From: Mobula hypostoma
Taxonomy: Eukaryota
Length of the DNA stretch: 64,000 nt
NCBI RefSeq assembly: GCF_963921235.1
Contig: NC_086108.1
Span: forward strand, 10,664,001 to 10,728,000
Direction of reading: 5' to 3'
Below, one piece after another: positions 49,140 to 62,637 of the stretch. The notes beneath the pieces are model-generated. The model did no database searches. It worked only from the letters and a program-made list of their open reading frames with translations, and was not told the DNA's origin. Each line of letters begins with the position of its first letter. Positions within the stretch are counted from its first letter, which is position 1. The position numbers and the translations under genes are program-made.

Positions 49140-49760
49140 TTCTCTGTAAAACCCTGGTTAGACCACACTTGGAACATTGGGTTCAGTTCTGGTTACCTCA
49201 TTAAATGGAGATTTAGAGAAGGTGCAGGGGAGGTTTACCAGCATGCTGCCTGGATGTCATTCAAGGTCAGCATGTCATGGACCCCTCAGTTAATAGTATC
49301 GATCTGTGGCATAAAAAAAGGTTGGGACCCTGTCTTAACCCCTGTCTTATGAGGATAGGTTGAGCGAGCTAGGGTTTTTCTCTTTGGAGAGAAGGAGGAT
49401 GAAAGGGAACCTGAAAGAGCTGTACAAAATGACAAGTGGTGTAGATCAAGTGGACAGAGAGAGACTTTTTCTCAGGCTGGAAATGGTTAATATAATAGGG
49501 CATAATTTTAAGGAGATTTGTGGAAAGTATAGGGGAGGATGTCAGAGGTAAGTTCTTTACACAGAAAGTGGTGGGTGCATGGAACACGTTGCCAGGGGTG
49601 GCATTAGAAGCAGATACATTAGGGATAGTTGACAGACTCTTAGAAAGGTACATGGATGATAGAGAAATGGAGGTTTATGGGGGGAGGGGTAGATTAATCT
49701 TAGAGCAGATTGAAAGGTTGGTACACTGTCATGGGCTGGAGGACCTGTGATCTGTATTTT
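49140..49760 (+). mobile_element. CR1 3' fragment with short hAT-like MITE (~49265-49332)
   Basis: LGFFSLERRRMKG, FFTQKVVGAWN. Confidence 0.75.
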
Positions 49761-50944
49761 CAACATTACATCGGTGATTGAGTTTCATTAGCCTTTTCAA
49801 AGTCAGCCAAAAGATCTAGAGAATTTCAAACTGCCTCCCTTTATCTGAAAGCCCACAAGGAGTGACATAAGCCCACTACTGGCATGATCTGTGGGTACAT
49901 CGGTGGTGACTGGAGCTATACTGAGCTGGAGCCGTGGAAGATGAAAATAGGTGGCCTATCACCCTCAGTATGGGACAGAAAGCAGATGGATGATACTCTT
50001 TATTGGGAGAAATTGGAGAAAGACACAGGAGCAGAATTAGGCCATTTGGCAAAGTGAATTGTCTCCACCACATCTTATAATGAAGGTTGAGCAAGATAGG
50101 GCTTTTCTTTTTGATGCAGAGGAGGGTAATATGATGGCTGAAGGGCCGGGACTGTGCTGTAATGTTCCAAAAGCAAAGATTTTCTCTGCACCTCAGTACA
50201 TGTGATGAGAATTTCCAGCCGCTGCTCTGAGTGGGATCCTGGTGTGGGGTGGGGGTGGTGGGGGGTTGCAACTCAGTAGGCCGCTTACTGATCTATAAAA
50301 TGCTGCTTGAACAACCAATGGAATCAGAGACCAGAGGAGCTTTCAAAAGGAAAGCTGGCTAAAAACTAATACAGGAGAACTGTGCATGGCTGTGGGTAGA
50401 GGGGTAAAGCACAGACAAAATGGTCCGAGTTATCTCTCCCTGCATCTTCGAGCTCTCTGATCTCTGATCACACAGTGACAGCTATTTCACTTGCTGATGC
50501 ACGCTCTGTTGCAATAAATTTTTCACAATGGTGGTGAATTTTTCATTAAGGTGAATTTACAAATGCTTCATCAGATAATTCCAGAAAAAGCACAAAATAA
50601 ATGTTAAAAGACTCAAATGGAGCATGTACAAACCTTGCCTGGGGATGAGATACGTCAAAGTTTCACTAGGGAACAGGCAGACGGAACAAGAAGGGTAAAG
50701 AATTTTGTAAGGATTTAATATAAAAATTCAAAATTTTTCAAATATTTAATGTCTCTTGATGTTCAGAACATCCAGCAGACCTGGATTTACCTGGTCCCTG
50801 AGTCACAGGGAATACCAGGATGGGTTTTGTGTGCTGAAGGAGGGCCAGTATTAAGGGACAGTCACAATGTAGGAGAGGTGATACCGAGGGAGGGTCACAC
50901 TGTGGGAGGGGTAGTATTGAGGGAGGGTAACACTGTGGTACTCA

Positions 50945-51565
50945 GAGGTTCCCAGTAGAAATCTCTTTATGCAATGGTGCTTCCCCTGTACATTGGGGAC
51001 CTGGGGAGGAAGGTGTTGCATCAGGCAGTACCGGACAACAGGTTTTTGAGCAGGTTCACTGACACCCCGTCCAGCTGTCCATTCTGTGGCCGGGAGAAGT
51101 CAGTGGACCATGCCTACACAGAATGTGAGAGGTTGCAGCCCCTGTCTGAGTATCTGAAGGGGCTGCTGCTGAGGTTCTGGTTGCATTCCAGCCCCGTGCT
51201 CCTCATACACGGGCACCCAGTTTGGAAAGGGGCCGGTCGTGAGGAAGATCTGCTGGTGGGCATGCTCCTGGGCCTGGCCAAGATGGCCACCATGGGTCAA
51301 GGCGGCAGATGGCTGAGGGCTCTGCCAGGGCCGACAGCCTGCCCCGTTTCCGAGGATATATTCATGCCCAGTTGCCCTTGGAGAGGGAGAATGCGGTCCC
51401 AATGGATACAGTGGCAAATTTCCAGGAGTGATAGGCCCTCCAGGGTATTTACTTTTTTACAGACAGTAATACAGATATTATAATTTTGAATTTATTCACT
51501 GTCTTGTAAAGGCTCAATGTTTGTACTTTGTGTATTTTCGGTGTAAATAAACATTCGTAGTTTTT
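50945..51565 (+). mobile_element. Tx1/L1-clade LINE 3' end
   Basis: ORF 50974-51483 with CPFCG...H...C zinc knuckle, AATAAA at 51546; flanked by ~30-bp degenerate tandem units (gagggtcacactgtgggagggg). Confidence 0.75.
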
Positions 51566-52039
51566 GGGAAAAGGAGGAGAGATACTGAGGAAGGATCACA
51601 CTGTGGGAGGGGCAGTACGTGTCACAACTAGGAGTCAATTTAAAAAACAAGAGATTTTTTTTTGTCAGTGTTGTATATGGGCTGTATTTTCCTGGAGTTA
51701 CCTGGTGGGTGTAGAGTGTTCCTTAGATTGTTTGCCCATGTCTAATTGTTTGTTTTTGGACTTGTTCTGGGTTTTTACTTTGCTTTGCATGTGTTGCATT
51801 TGGGATCATGGGGATTGTTAAGATCTCTGTATTTAGCACTTTTATTCAATTTGGGATAATATAGTCAGCGTGGTATTTTCAATGTCTTGTATTGCGGTTG
51901 TTGGCTTTGGGGATTATTGCTTTGTCTGGACACTGGGGCTGTCTGATTGACCCTGAATTCCTCCGGGATTTCGGGGGGGGGGCATGTCAACCCCTTGTTG
52001 ATCAGTCATTGTGTTTCCTTGTCGGTGAAACTCAGACCC

Positions 52040-52560
52040 AGTCCAAGAACCGTGAGGTAAGGTTGCAGCTATATAACTGTAGAGTACCACGTTCAGTCCT
52101 GGTCACCTCACTACAGGAAGGATGTGGAAACTATAGAGAGAGTGCGGAGAAGATTTACGAGGATGTTGCCTGGTTTGGAGGGTGTGCCTTATGAGAGTAG
52201 GTTGAGTGAACTTGGCCTTTTCTCCTTGGATTGACAGAGGATGAGAGGTGACCTGATAGAGGTGTATAAGATGATTAGGGGCATTGATTGTGTGGATAGC
52301 CAGAGGCTTTTTCCCAGGGCTGAAATGGCTAACGTGAGGGGGCATAGTTTTAAGGTGCTTGGAAATAGGTACTGAGGGAATGTCAGGGGTCAGTTTTTCA
52401 CACAGAGAATGGTGGGTACGTGGAATGCACTGCTGGCGGCAGTGGAAGTGGATACAATGGGGTCTTTTAAGAGCCTCTTAGATAGGTACATGGAGCTTAG
52501 AAAAATAGAGGGCTATGTGCTAGGGAAATTCTAGGCCTTTTCTGCTCCTATATCTCATGG
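52040..52560 (+). mobile_element. CR1 LINE 3' fragment
   Basis: Highly similar to 23345-23940 in opposite orientation. Confidence 0.85.
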
Positions 52561-52839
52561 TCATAAAACAACAAATTTCATGACCTCTGCCAGAGACATT
52601 AAACCTGATTGTGATTCTCGTTCATTTGAATGAGATCACACTTGTCTTAACTCAGAACTGATAGAAGGTCAGGTCAATCTCTCCACATCCTCACAGAAGT
52701 CAGACTAATGAAACAGAGACCAACATTGTCCTCAGTTCCTCAGATGCTATGAAACATTTAGCATTATGGCACAGTACAGGCCCTTGGACCTACGACCTTT
52801 TAGCTCACTCTAAGTTCAATCTAACCCTTCCATCCCTTA

Positions 52840-53540
52840 CATCAGTCACTGAAAGCAAGCATGCAGGTACAGCAGGCAGTGAAGAAAGCTAATGGCATGC
52901 TGGCCTTCATAACAAGGGGAGTTGAGTATAGGAGCAAAGAGGTCCTTCTGCAGCTGTACAGGGCCCTGGTGAGACCACACCTGGAGTATTGTGTGCAGTT
53001 TTGGTCTCCAAATTTGAGGAAGGACATTCTTGCTATTGAGGGAGGCAGCGTAGATTCACAAGGTTAATTCCTGGGATGGCGGGACTGTCATATGTTGAAA
53101 GATTGGAGCGACTGGGCTTGTATACACTGGAATTTAGAAGGATGAGAGGGGATCTGATCGAAATATGTGAGATTATTAAGGGATTGGATACGCTGGAGGC
53201 AGGAAGCATGTTCCCGCTGATGGATGAGTCCAGAACCAGAGGCCACAGTTTAAGAATAAGGGGCAGGCCATTTAGAACGGAGTTGAGGAAAAATTTTTTC
53301 ACCCAGTGAGTGGTGGATATGTGGAATGCTCTGCCCCAGAAGGCAGTGGAGGCCAAGTCTCTGGATGCTTTCAAGAAAGAGATGGATAGATCTCTTAAAG
53401 ATAGCAAAATCAAAGGTTATGAGGATAAGGCAGGAACTGGATACTGATTGTGGATGATCAGCCATGATCACAGTGAATGGCGGTGCTGGCTCGAAGGGCC
53501 GAATGGCCTACTCCTGCATCTATTGCCTATTGTCTATTAT
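52840..53540 (+). mobile_element. CR1 LINE 3' fragment
   Basis: ORFs 52861-53067 and 53076-53309; (tattg)-type tail. Confidence 0.9.
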
Positions 53541-53844
53541 CCCACAGAGCCCTGCATTTTTCTATCATTCGTGTATCTATATAAAGGTCTCTTAAATCTC
53601 CTAATGTATCTGCCTCTATCAACACTGCCAGCAGGGCATTCTATGCACCCACCACTCTCTGTGTAAGAAACTTATCTCTGACATGCCCCCTCCCCCCAAT
53701 ACTCTTCTCCAATCTCTTTAAAATTGTACCCCCCCATATAAACCATAACCCTGAAACCCCTTTATAAATGCAACAAGATCTCTATAATCACCTTTTCCTT
53801 CCCTCTACCCTCCCTTCTGTATGTCTGCTTTCTATGATTGGATT

Positions 53845-53975
53845 ATAAGGATGACGAATTGTGCCAATCTATTTTCACTGACCTCTCATAGGATGATGAA
53901 TTATGTCAATCTATTTTCACTGACGTCTCATTGGATGACACATTGTGCCAATCTAATTTCACTGACCTCTCCTCT
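53845..53975. repeat. About 42-bp tandem repeat (3 copies)
   Basis: ggatga..aattgtgccaatctattttcactgacctctc x3. Confidence 0.8.
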
Positions 53976-54089
53976 TTGAATTGTCTCTGGAAAGCACCTG
54001 TCTGGCCATCTGGGGTTCCAGAGTCATTCCCAGTATTGTCCCAGCCAGCCAAACACCAAACATCCAACTGCTGTAATATGGACCAATAG

Positions 54090-54888
54090 CACTGGACAAC
54101 AACGTTTTTAAAAATGTTGCTCCCTCAGAATTTTTTTGTTTATGATAGACCGCTTGAAGCTGAACACAAACATAATTTTAGACTACCTGTATCATGAAAG
54201 AATTTGGAGAAACAAGAAATTAATTTTTATTGAATGTCTCTAATTGCATGACGGTGCTGATGCTTTGTAATAATTCATCTAAGCTAAAAGTGTTTTGGTG
54301 ATGATTTTCATTTGTACTCGGTGTCTGAGGCTTCTTACTTAAGTGTCCAACAATAATCAGCCAGCATTGATGGATTCCAGTTGCCCTGATACCGTTTCTC
54401 CATGACCACAATGTCCTGGTGAAACCTTTCACCACGCTCATCACTGACAGCGCCAGGATTGACAGGGAAGAAGTCTAAATGGGAATGCAGAAAATGAATC
54501 TTTAGTGACTTGTTGCACTTCGTGGTTTTGTATGCTTAAAATATGTTGTCAACCAGCCGCATGTAGTTTGACGCTCTGTGGTTGCCAAGAAGATTTTTGA
54601 CAAAATCCTTGAATGCCTTCCATGCAATTTTCTCTGATCCAGAATTAGAAGTTCTTTAAATTTCCTGTCATTGATGACTCATTCGGTTTGTGGATCAACA
54701 AAAGTGCCTTCCTTAATCTTGGCATCAGTTATTCTCACTTGAATTATGAATTAAAATAACAAATATAGGTGGTTTAAAAAAATGGTGTGTGACAGGGAAA
54801 TTTCATGGACATTCTCATGATCAGCAGCCCAAAATCCATAAGATACACCCCAAAGTATTCAGGGAGCAAAATCTTTGTTGTCCAAAGT
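54090..54888 (-). mobile_element. Chapaev3-like (CMC) DNA transposon deletion derivative
   Basis: Ends cactggacaacaa / ttgttgtcca; minus-strand remnant SLKIHFLHSHLDFFP...SDERGERFHQDI...MLADYCW. Superfamily assignment from recall. Confidence 0.65.
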
Positions 54889-55779
54889 ACTCCAGCTTTT
54901 AACCTCTGAAGCATATCAAAATCAGAATCAGGTTTAATATCACTGGCATATGCTGTGAAGTTTGTTAACTTTGCGGCCGCAGTACAATGCAATACATGAG
55001 AAATACAGATTTAAAAACTGAATTACAGTAATTATATATATGTATCTCAAGTAGTTAACCTAAAATAAATAATACAAAAAAACAGAAATAAATAAATAAA
55101 AGTAGTGAGGTAGTGTCCGTGGGTTCAATTGCCCATTTAGGAATCAGATGGCAGAGGGGAAGAAGCTGTTCATGAATCACTGAGTGTGTGTCTTCAGGCT
55201 TCTGCACCTCCTTCCTGATGGTAGCAATGAAAAGGGGGCATGTCCTCTTTTTCACCAATCCACTTGTTTGGGATCAAAATGCTAATTCAAACTGCATGGT
55301 TAAGTCCACTGTCTTCACCTTTCTCAAACGTTGTCAAGTAACACATACATATATTTCAGAAGGACTTCCAAAACACTTAGTGGAATATTTGATCGACTAC
55401 CATCACTTCACCCTTAATAGCAAAGAGGTGCACGGCTGGTGCCACAAAGCTACCAAGCTCCTTAGCTGTTGTGTGAATTATTTAGTAGAAAGTAGACAGA
55501 TATAATGACTATTGTTATGGGTAAATGTTTTCCTATCACTAGATGTCAGTTTATATATTTTGCTCCAGCCTTCATTAGTATGCATCTTATCTCGGAACAG
55601 GAAAACCTCTGAGAAGGGAATATGGTAATCCCTAAATTGAATTATTAATGGAAACCTATTAAAATTTCTGAAGTGTCTTGCATTTCTGATGAATAGTCCA
55701 AAGACGGAGAGTTTAACCTCATCCTAGATCCCACTGTTAACTCAGCAAGATTTCCCTTGATTTTAATTTCACAACTGAC

Positions 55780-55870
55780 CAGATTTGCTCCTTAAATTGG
55801 TTGTCATGTATTTCTGATTAGTAAAGAAGTTCAGGAGGAGCTCTTTGGCTCCATTGTGCCTTGGGACAAA
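55780..55870 (-). CDS. Putative SPATA9-like exon: FVPRHNGAKELLLNFFTNQKYMTTNLRSKS(G)
   Basis: Acceptor gtccccctcag|, donor G|gtcagt; phase 0 to 1. Confidence 0.4.
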
Positions 55871-57589
55871 CTGAGGGGGACGTTGCAGAGGTGGGGGGGG
55901 GAACACAAGAGACTGCAGTAACTGGAATCTGGAGCAGCACATAAGATGCTGGTGGAATGCAACAGGTCAGGCAGCCTCTAAGGACGGAAATAGACAGTTG
56001 ACAACTTGTGCTTAGACACAACTCAATCAAGTTGTGAAACTCAACTTGTCCACACACAAGCTATGCTGACTATTTTTGACTTTCCAAATGTAGGTGGGTG
56101 TTTCTCATAGATGGTCCTCTTGGAATCACAAGACCCTGTTGGACATTGATAATGTAAGTTGCTGCTGGCCTCTTTCACTTGTTTGCAGTGAGACAGGTGG
56201 CATGGGATCTACTTAGCCTCGGTTGAAACATGGACTAGGCCTCAGGGAGTGGGCTTGCCTGCTGCTGCAGTCCAGCCGAGGAGGCTCCAGAGGCCTTGCA
56301 GTGCGGTGTCTGTGCTCAGCTGGGGGCCGGCCTCTCCCATCACTGCTGCCCTCCAGAGTTTGATTGGTGGAATGACAGACTGTAATGCATGTGCTACACC
56401 CTGCCGGAGGACTGTACCATCAATTTGCAGGACATGTTGCTCAGGGTCTTGGATTATATATGTGTTTTTTTATGTACAATGTTTTTATCTTTGCTCACTA
56501 TTTTGAATGTGCTGTGTATGTTTTGCACCTTGGCCTCTTCAGAGACTGTCTGCCTGTGTCAGTAGTCACACAACCAGGACTTGTGATATGCACCAGCTGC
56601 TTATACAACCATCCACCGCCTGCTCCCATGGTTTCACGTGACGCTGATCAGGGGTCTAATCTGGTGCTACACCTTGTCCAATGGTGACCTGCAGGCTTGT
56701 AGAGGGACGTGACGCCTTACACCTTCCTTGGCAGAAATGAGTCTCCACCTCGCTACCAAGATGTCAGGCTTACCGGCCTATGGTTCCTTGGTTACACTTT
56801 GCAGGCCTTCTTAAACAAAGGCATAACATTTTTCACCCTCCGGTCTCCAGTACCTCATTCCTGCTTCAGGATGATGCAGGTATATGTGCCAGAGTCCCAG
56901 GACCTTTTCCCCTAGCTTCCTACAACATTCCAAGTACACTAACTGGGATTTGTTAAGGATCAATAGTTCAATAGTTCCATTAAATATCAGAGAAAGTATA
57001 CAGTATCCAACCTAAAATTCGTACTCTTCGCAAACATCCACAAATAGAGAGAAAAAATCCGGAAGAATGAATGACAGAAACATCAGGATCCCAATGCCCC
57101 CCTTCCCCTCCCACACACAAGGAGCAACGAAAGCCCCAGAGACCATGATCTCGAGTCCACCAAAAACTACTGTCCATCCTAATACTTCAATGTCTCAGAC
57201 AGGCTTTCCCTCTCTCACTAGCGAGGGTGAGAGAGTTATCACTCTTGCCACAACGAGAGTAGAGACCAACAGCTCGTTGTTTCGATGTTACAGTCTACGC
57301 GTTGCTGATTTTGAGTTCCACCGACTTGAGGGCCAGTAGACTTTCACTCACTGTCGAGGGAGAGAGAGAGAGAGAGATCATTTGAGTGCCTTCTTTCTAC
57401 AGCAGTTTATGCTGCCTGCCTCCTGTCTTGATGCTTCATTCTCCTGCGGTAAATTCAGTCAGTGATCACAGAGGATCAAGGATCAACTTTATTCACCCTA
57501 GATATTTACATCTATGAGGAGTTTGATGTGACGTGTTGGCGTGACATGCAGCAATAAAGCAACATCCAACAATGAACAACATTAATTAA

Positions 57590-58070
57590 TTCATGAAAAT
57601 GATTCCAGGGTTGAAAGGCTTGTCATATGAAGAGCATTTGATTGCTCTGGGCCTGTACTCACTAGAATTCAGAAGAATGAGGGGGTAACCTCATTGAAAC
57701 CCATCGAATGGTGAAAGGCCTCGATAGAGCGGATGTGGAGAGGATGTTTCCTATCATGGGGGAGTCTAAGACCAGAGGGCAGAGCTGTAGAATAGAGCGA
57801 TGTCTATTCAGAACAGAGATGAGGAGGAATTTCTTTAACCAGAGAGTAGTAAATCTGTTGAATTCATTGCCACAGGTGACTGTGGAGGCCAAGCCTTCAC
57901 ACATGTTTAAGGCAGAGGTTGATAGATTCTTGATTAGTCAGGGCATGAAGGGACACGGGGAGAAAGCAGGAGACTGGGGCTGAAAGAGAAAAATGGATCA
58001 GCCCTGATGAAATGGCAGAGCAGGTTCAATGGGCCAAATGGCCTCATTCTGCTCCTAGATCTTATGGTCT
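57590..58070 (+). mobile_element. CR1 LINE 3' fragment
   Basis: ORF 57708-57983 FFNQRVVNLLNSLP. Confidence 0.85.
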
Positions 58071-58611
58071 GATTAAAGAAAGAAGAATTACATAAAATAT
58101 AAGCTTAGAGGTGAAAGTATGGATATGGAATAAAATTTGCATAATACATAAATACCAGCATAAGATATTATCCACTTTCGTATGTTTTATGACCACCAGT
58201 GCCTCTTTTGTTGTAATGGGGATATATTCCAATACATTGCTATTCATTTCCCTTGCTTTCTCTAACTCCCATGACCTCCCCTGCAGTAAATACAGATGAG
58301 AAGTATTCATTTAATACATCACACATCTCTGTGGCTCCGCACTTGCAAACCACATTCTGGTGGTCTGTTCTTCCCCTACTCACCCTCCGGCTCTTAATGG
58401 ACCTGTAGAATTCTCTATCACATCTTCCTTCAAGTTACATTTCTACACAGTAGGAGCAGAGGGAACAGAATCAGAATTCTGGGACATCGCTTTAGAACAG
58501 AGACTTCTTCAGTCAGAGTGTGGTGAATCTGTGGAATTCATTGCCACAGGCAGCTATGGAGGCCAAGTCATTGGGTATATTTAAGGTAGAGGTTTATAAA
58601 TTCTTGAATAG

Positions 58612-58990
58612 TCGTCATCATCATCATCATCATCATGTGCCATGTGGTATGACGTAGGCGATCATCATCTTTTTATGATAATGATTGTTCTTTGCAATCT
58701 TTTCTACAGAACTGGTTTTCCATTGCCTTCTTCTGGGCAGTGTCTTTACAAGACAGGTGACCCCAGCCATTATCAATACTCTTCAGAGATTGTCTGCCTG
58801 GCATCAATAGTCACATAACCAGGACTTGTGATCTGCACCAGCTGCACATATGACCACCCATCATCTTCTCCCACATGACCCTGATCGGGTGAGGGCTAAG
58901 GAGGTGCTACACGTTGCCCAAGTGTGACCTGTAGGCTAGCGGAGGGAAGGAGCACCTTACACCTCCTTTGGTAGAGATGTATCTCCACCC
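58612..58990 (-). mobile_element. Unclassified SINE-like element, near full length, (ATG)n tail
   Basis: (cat)n at 58616-58636; reverse complement of 46820-47150. Confidence 0.65.
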
Positions 58991-59958
58991 TGTCACCCTT
59001 GACTATTAATAAGGGTGTCAAAGGGAAAAGGCAGAAGAATAGGGTTGAGCGGAAACATAAATCAGCCATGATGGAATGACAGAGCAGACCCAATGGTCTA
59101 AATAGCCTCATTCTGCTCCCACGTTTTATGGACTTTCTGGCCTTGTGACTACAATCTCAACGAACTGTAAAGCTGAATCACCTAGTCACAGATCAGGTAT
59201 CTGTGACCAGATGTGACCTAAGTCTACTGGCTCACTCCGCTCTGAAAGGCCTGGATAGAGTGGACATGGAATAGAAGGTTCAAAGGTTCAAAGTTCAAAG
59301 GTCAAGTTTAATGTCAGCGAAACGTATACAATATGTAGCCTGAAATGCTTCTTCTTCGCAAAGCAGAATAAAATAGAATAGAACTTTATTGTTGATGCAA
59401 TACTTGATCTGCTATTAAGGGATGAGACAAGCAGAGACAAAAGTTTGCATAGGGGAACGCTTTGCATCACATGATCCCAATGCCCCCTATTTCAAAGTAA
59501 ATATATAAAAAGATAGACCTGGTCCACAGGGATGAGATTCTAAATTGGAGAAAGTCCAGTTTTGATAGTATCAGAAATTATCTGGCAAGTGTAGATTGGG
59601 ATATGCTGTTTTTACTGGTAAGAGTGTACTTGGTAAGTGGGAAGCCTTCAAAAGAGACATTTTGAGAGTACAAAGCTTGTCAGAATAAAAGGTAAAGATA
59701 ACAAGTGTAGGGAATCTTGGTTTTCAAGAGACATTGAGGCCAGGATTCAAAAAAGGAGGTGCAGAGCAGGTATAGGCAGGTAAAGAGAAATGAGGTGCTT
59801 ATGGAGTACAAGAAATGCAAGGGAACACTTAAATCAGGAGAGCAAAAAGAAGGCCTAAGGATGCCCTAGCAGGCAAGGTGAAGAAAAATCCCAAGGGATT
59901 CTACAGATATGTGAAAAGGATCAAAAGGATTGCAAGGGACAAAATTGGCCCTCTGGAA

Positions 59959-61178
59959 CAGGGGTCCCCAACCTTTTTTGCACTGCAGACCAGTTTAATA
60001 TTGACAATATTCTTGCGGACCGGCCGACCCGTGGGGTGGGGGGGACGGGTTATGGTTGCCAACGGACAAGAGTAGCAGTCACATACATTGTGTTTACCCG
60101 GAAAAGACTACAATGACCATGAAGCCTTGCGCGGGCACCAGTGCGCATGCGTGACTTGCGCATGCCTGCACGTGCAAATTTTCTTTCCGCAAATCGTTTT
60201 TGGCGATTCTGTTCGGGGGGGGGGGGCGGTGTTAATCATGACCGGAATATAGGTGATAAGTGGCTAATACACTCAATTTCGTTTCTAAAAAGGTTTATCT
60301 AATGAATTTAATATTAAACACACAGCACACATTTTCCTCGCATGAATATAGCGATAAGTCAATTATCCGGGAGGACAGGGGAGCTTGAAGTAAGGATTTA
60401 TCGAACTTCCAGTAGAAGTGGTAAAGGTAGGTTTGATATTATCATTTAAAGTTAAATTGGACAGGAAAGGAATGGAGGGTTATGGGCTGAGTGCAGGTCG
60501 GTGGGACGAGGTGAGAGTAGCGTTTGGCACGGTCTAGAAGGGCAGAGATCGCCTATTTCCGTGCTGTAATTGTTATATGGTTATAGAAGTCACTTATAAT
60601 CAATAGTATCATAACATTTTAAGTAACTTTTGGATATTAAGCACACAGCACATATTTTCCTCGTATGAACATATAAAATCATTGCAACACACCAGTATCG
60701 CTGAATCAGTGGGAGCCCTGGGCTTGTTTTCCTGCAACGAGACGGTCCAATCGAAGGGTGATGGGAGACAGCGATACTCGAAGGAGGTTCCTTATGTCCG
60801 GTCTATTCCACAATTTAGTTTTCGTTGCGTTCATTGCAGAGATATGTTGGAAATGGAAGCAATGTTTTCAGTGCTTCCGTGGCTATCTCAGTATACTTAG
60901 CCTTGACTTTGATCCGGAATGCCGGCAGAGATGTTATGACAAACATACTTTTCAGCCCGTCGTCATTTGCAAGAGAGGAGTTGATCTCCTTCCCGTTCTG
61001 ATATGGATCACGCGCCGGTAATGACCTCGTGTGCATAATGGTTTAACAGTGAGCGTGACAGGGAATGTGGAAAGGTGCAGCTGACTCATATCGCCAAATC
61101 ATATCGTTTCCTCGCCGCCCGGTAGCGCATGCATTGCAGCCCGGTACCAGTCCGCGGCCCAGTGGTTGGGGACCGCTG
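59959..61178 (-). mobile_element. hAT Charlie/Buster-like element with transposase C-terminal remnant, inserted in a CR1
   Basis: Perfect 8-bp TSD ctctggaa (59951-59958 / 61179-61186); same TIRs as 10246-10989; ORF 60815-61036 EIATEALKTLLPFPTYLC. Confidence 0.9.
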
Positions 61179-61499
61179 CTCTGGAAGATCAGAATTGTGG
61201 TGCATGTGAGCTCAATTTCAAGTGCAGTTCGGATTGGTACATGGATAGTAAGAATATGGAGGACAATGGTCCTGGAGCAGGTCGATGGGAATGGGCAGTT
61301 TAAATTGTTTCAGCATGGTCTAGATGGGCCGAAGGACCTGTTTCTGTGCTGTACTTTTCTATGACTGTGCTCAAGGCAATGAGATTGCAGTGTTAATCCA
61401 GTCTGTGCAAAACAGATATTTACAATGAATGCAGTACTGCTTAATTAGTAAAAAGAGTTCCCATTTTTACATGCAAGAAGTGACTTCGGTAGTCCGTAA

Positions 61500-62460
61500 C
61501 ACTCAAAGACCACTGGCAAGCCGGGGTGTAGCATTATTCAACTACATAACAGCCCTTGGGAAGAAACTGTTTTTCAGTCTCACTGTCATGGCTAAGACGT
61601 TTCTATATCTCCTACCAGATGGCAGGAGGTTCAACAGATAGTGTCTGGGACGGGATGGGATGATGCTATAAGTTGCCTTAGGAATCAAGACTTGCAGATT
61701 GTCTCCAAGTCCGGTAGTTGAGTCCCAGTGATGTGCTTAGCCATCTTAATCACCCACTGGAGTGCTTTGTGATCTGTCTTACTGCAGCCAGAGTACCACG
61801 CGGTCTTTCCCTAAGTGTCAGTATGCTCTCTGTTGCACATCGATAAAAGTTGGCCAGCAATTTTTTGGGGCAGATTAGCTCTCCTTAAGCACCTCAGGTA
61901 GTATAGTTGCTGTTGTGTCTTCCCTAATATTGAGGTTGCGTTGTCAGACAAAGAGAGCTCCTCAGTGGTGTTCATCCCCAAAAACTTGAAACTGGAGACC
62001 TTTTCCGCTACCTCACCATTTATGAATAGCCGGGCTTGTTCAGGGCCTCATGCTTTCCTAAAGTCAATTATCATTTCTTTTGTATTCTTAAATTTGAGAG
62101 GTAGCCGTGGTTCCTGCACCAATCCACCAGTTTCAGAACCTCCTTTCTATATGTAGATTAATTTTTGTTTGTGTTCAGGCCAATCACAGTTGTGCCATCT
62201 GCAAATTTGATGACTGAGCTTGTAGTAGGAGCAGGAGTGCTGTCATAGCTGAAGAGAGAATAGAGAAGTGCTCAGTACACGCCCCAGCGGGGCACCAGTG
62301 TTCAGGGTTGGGTGGCAAGGTGGGGGGCTGTTGATGTGCATTGGCCTAGTTTCACTGTCTGATTACGATTAATGAGGAAGTTTCAAGATCCAATTACAGG
62401 TTGATGTGCTGAGACCTAGACTGTGGAGATTGATTGTCAGCTTGTTTGGTAGTATGGTGT
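61500..62460 (-). mobile_element. Old Rex1/Babar-like LINE RT remnant
   Basis: Minus strand decayed KFADGTTVIG, TGAP, LPSGRRYR motifs. Confidence 0.65.
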
Positions 62461-62600
62461 TGGCCAGAAAGAACTACAGTCTACAAATCAGTGAATTCGA
62501 ATGAATCAAGGACAGTGGAAGTAGATAAACAAGTTGCCTTTGTTCTTGCCATGTGATTAAAGGAGATGGAGGCTGCCAATTTGTGAAACTGTTCTGTTAC

Positions 62601-62637
62601 CTCCATCTTCTGAACTGTTTGAGAACCAGTTCTTGCT
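62601..62637 (-). CDS. Possible start-codon exon of SPATA9-like gene (ATG at 62606; ME)
   Basis: Acceptor attatcccag|, donor GAG|gtaaca, aagATGG Kozak context; phase 0 joins exon 55780-55870. Confidence 0.28.
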
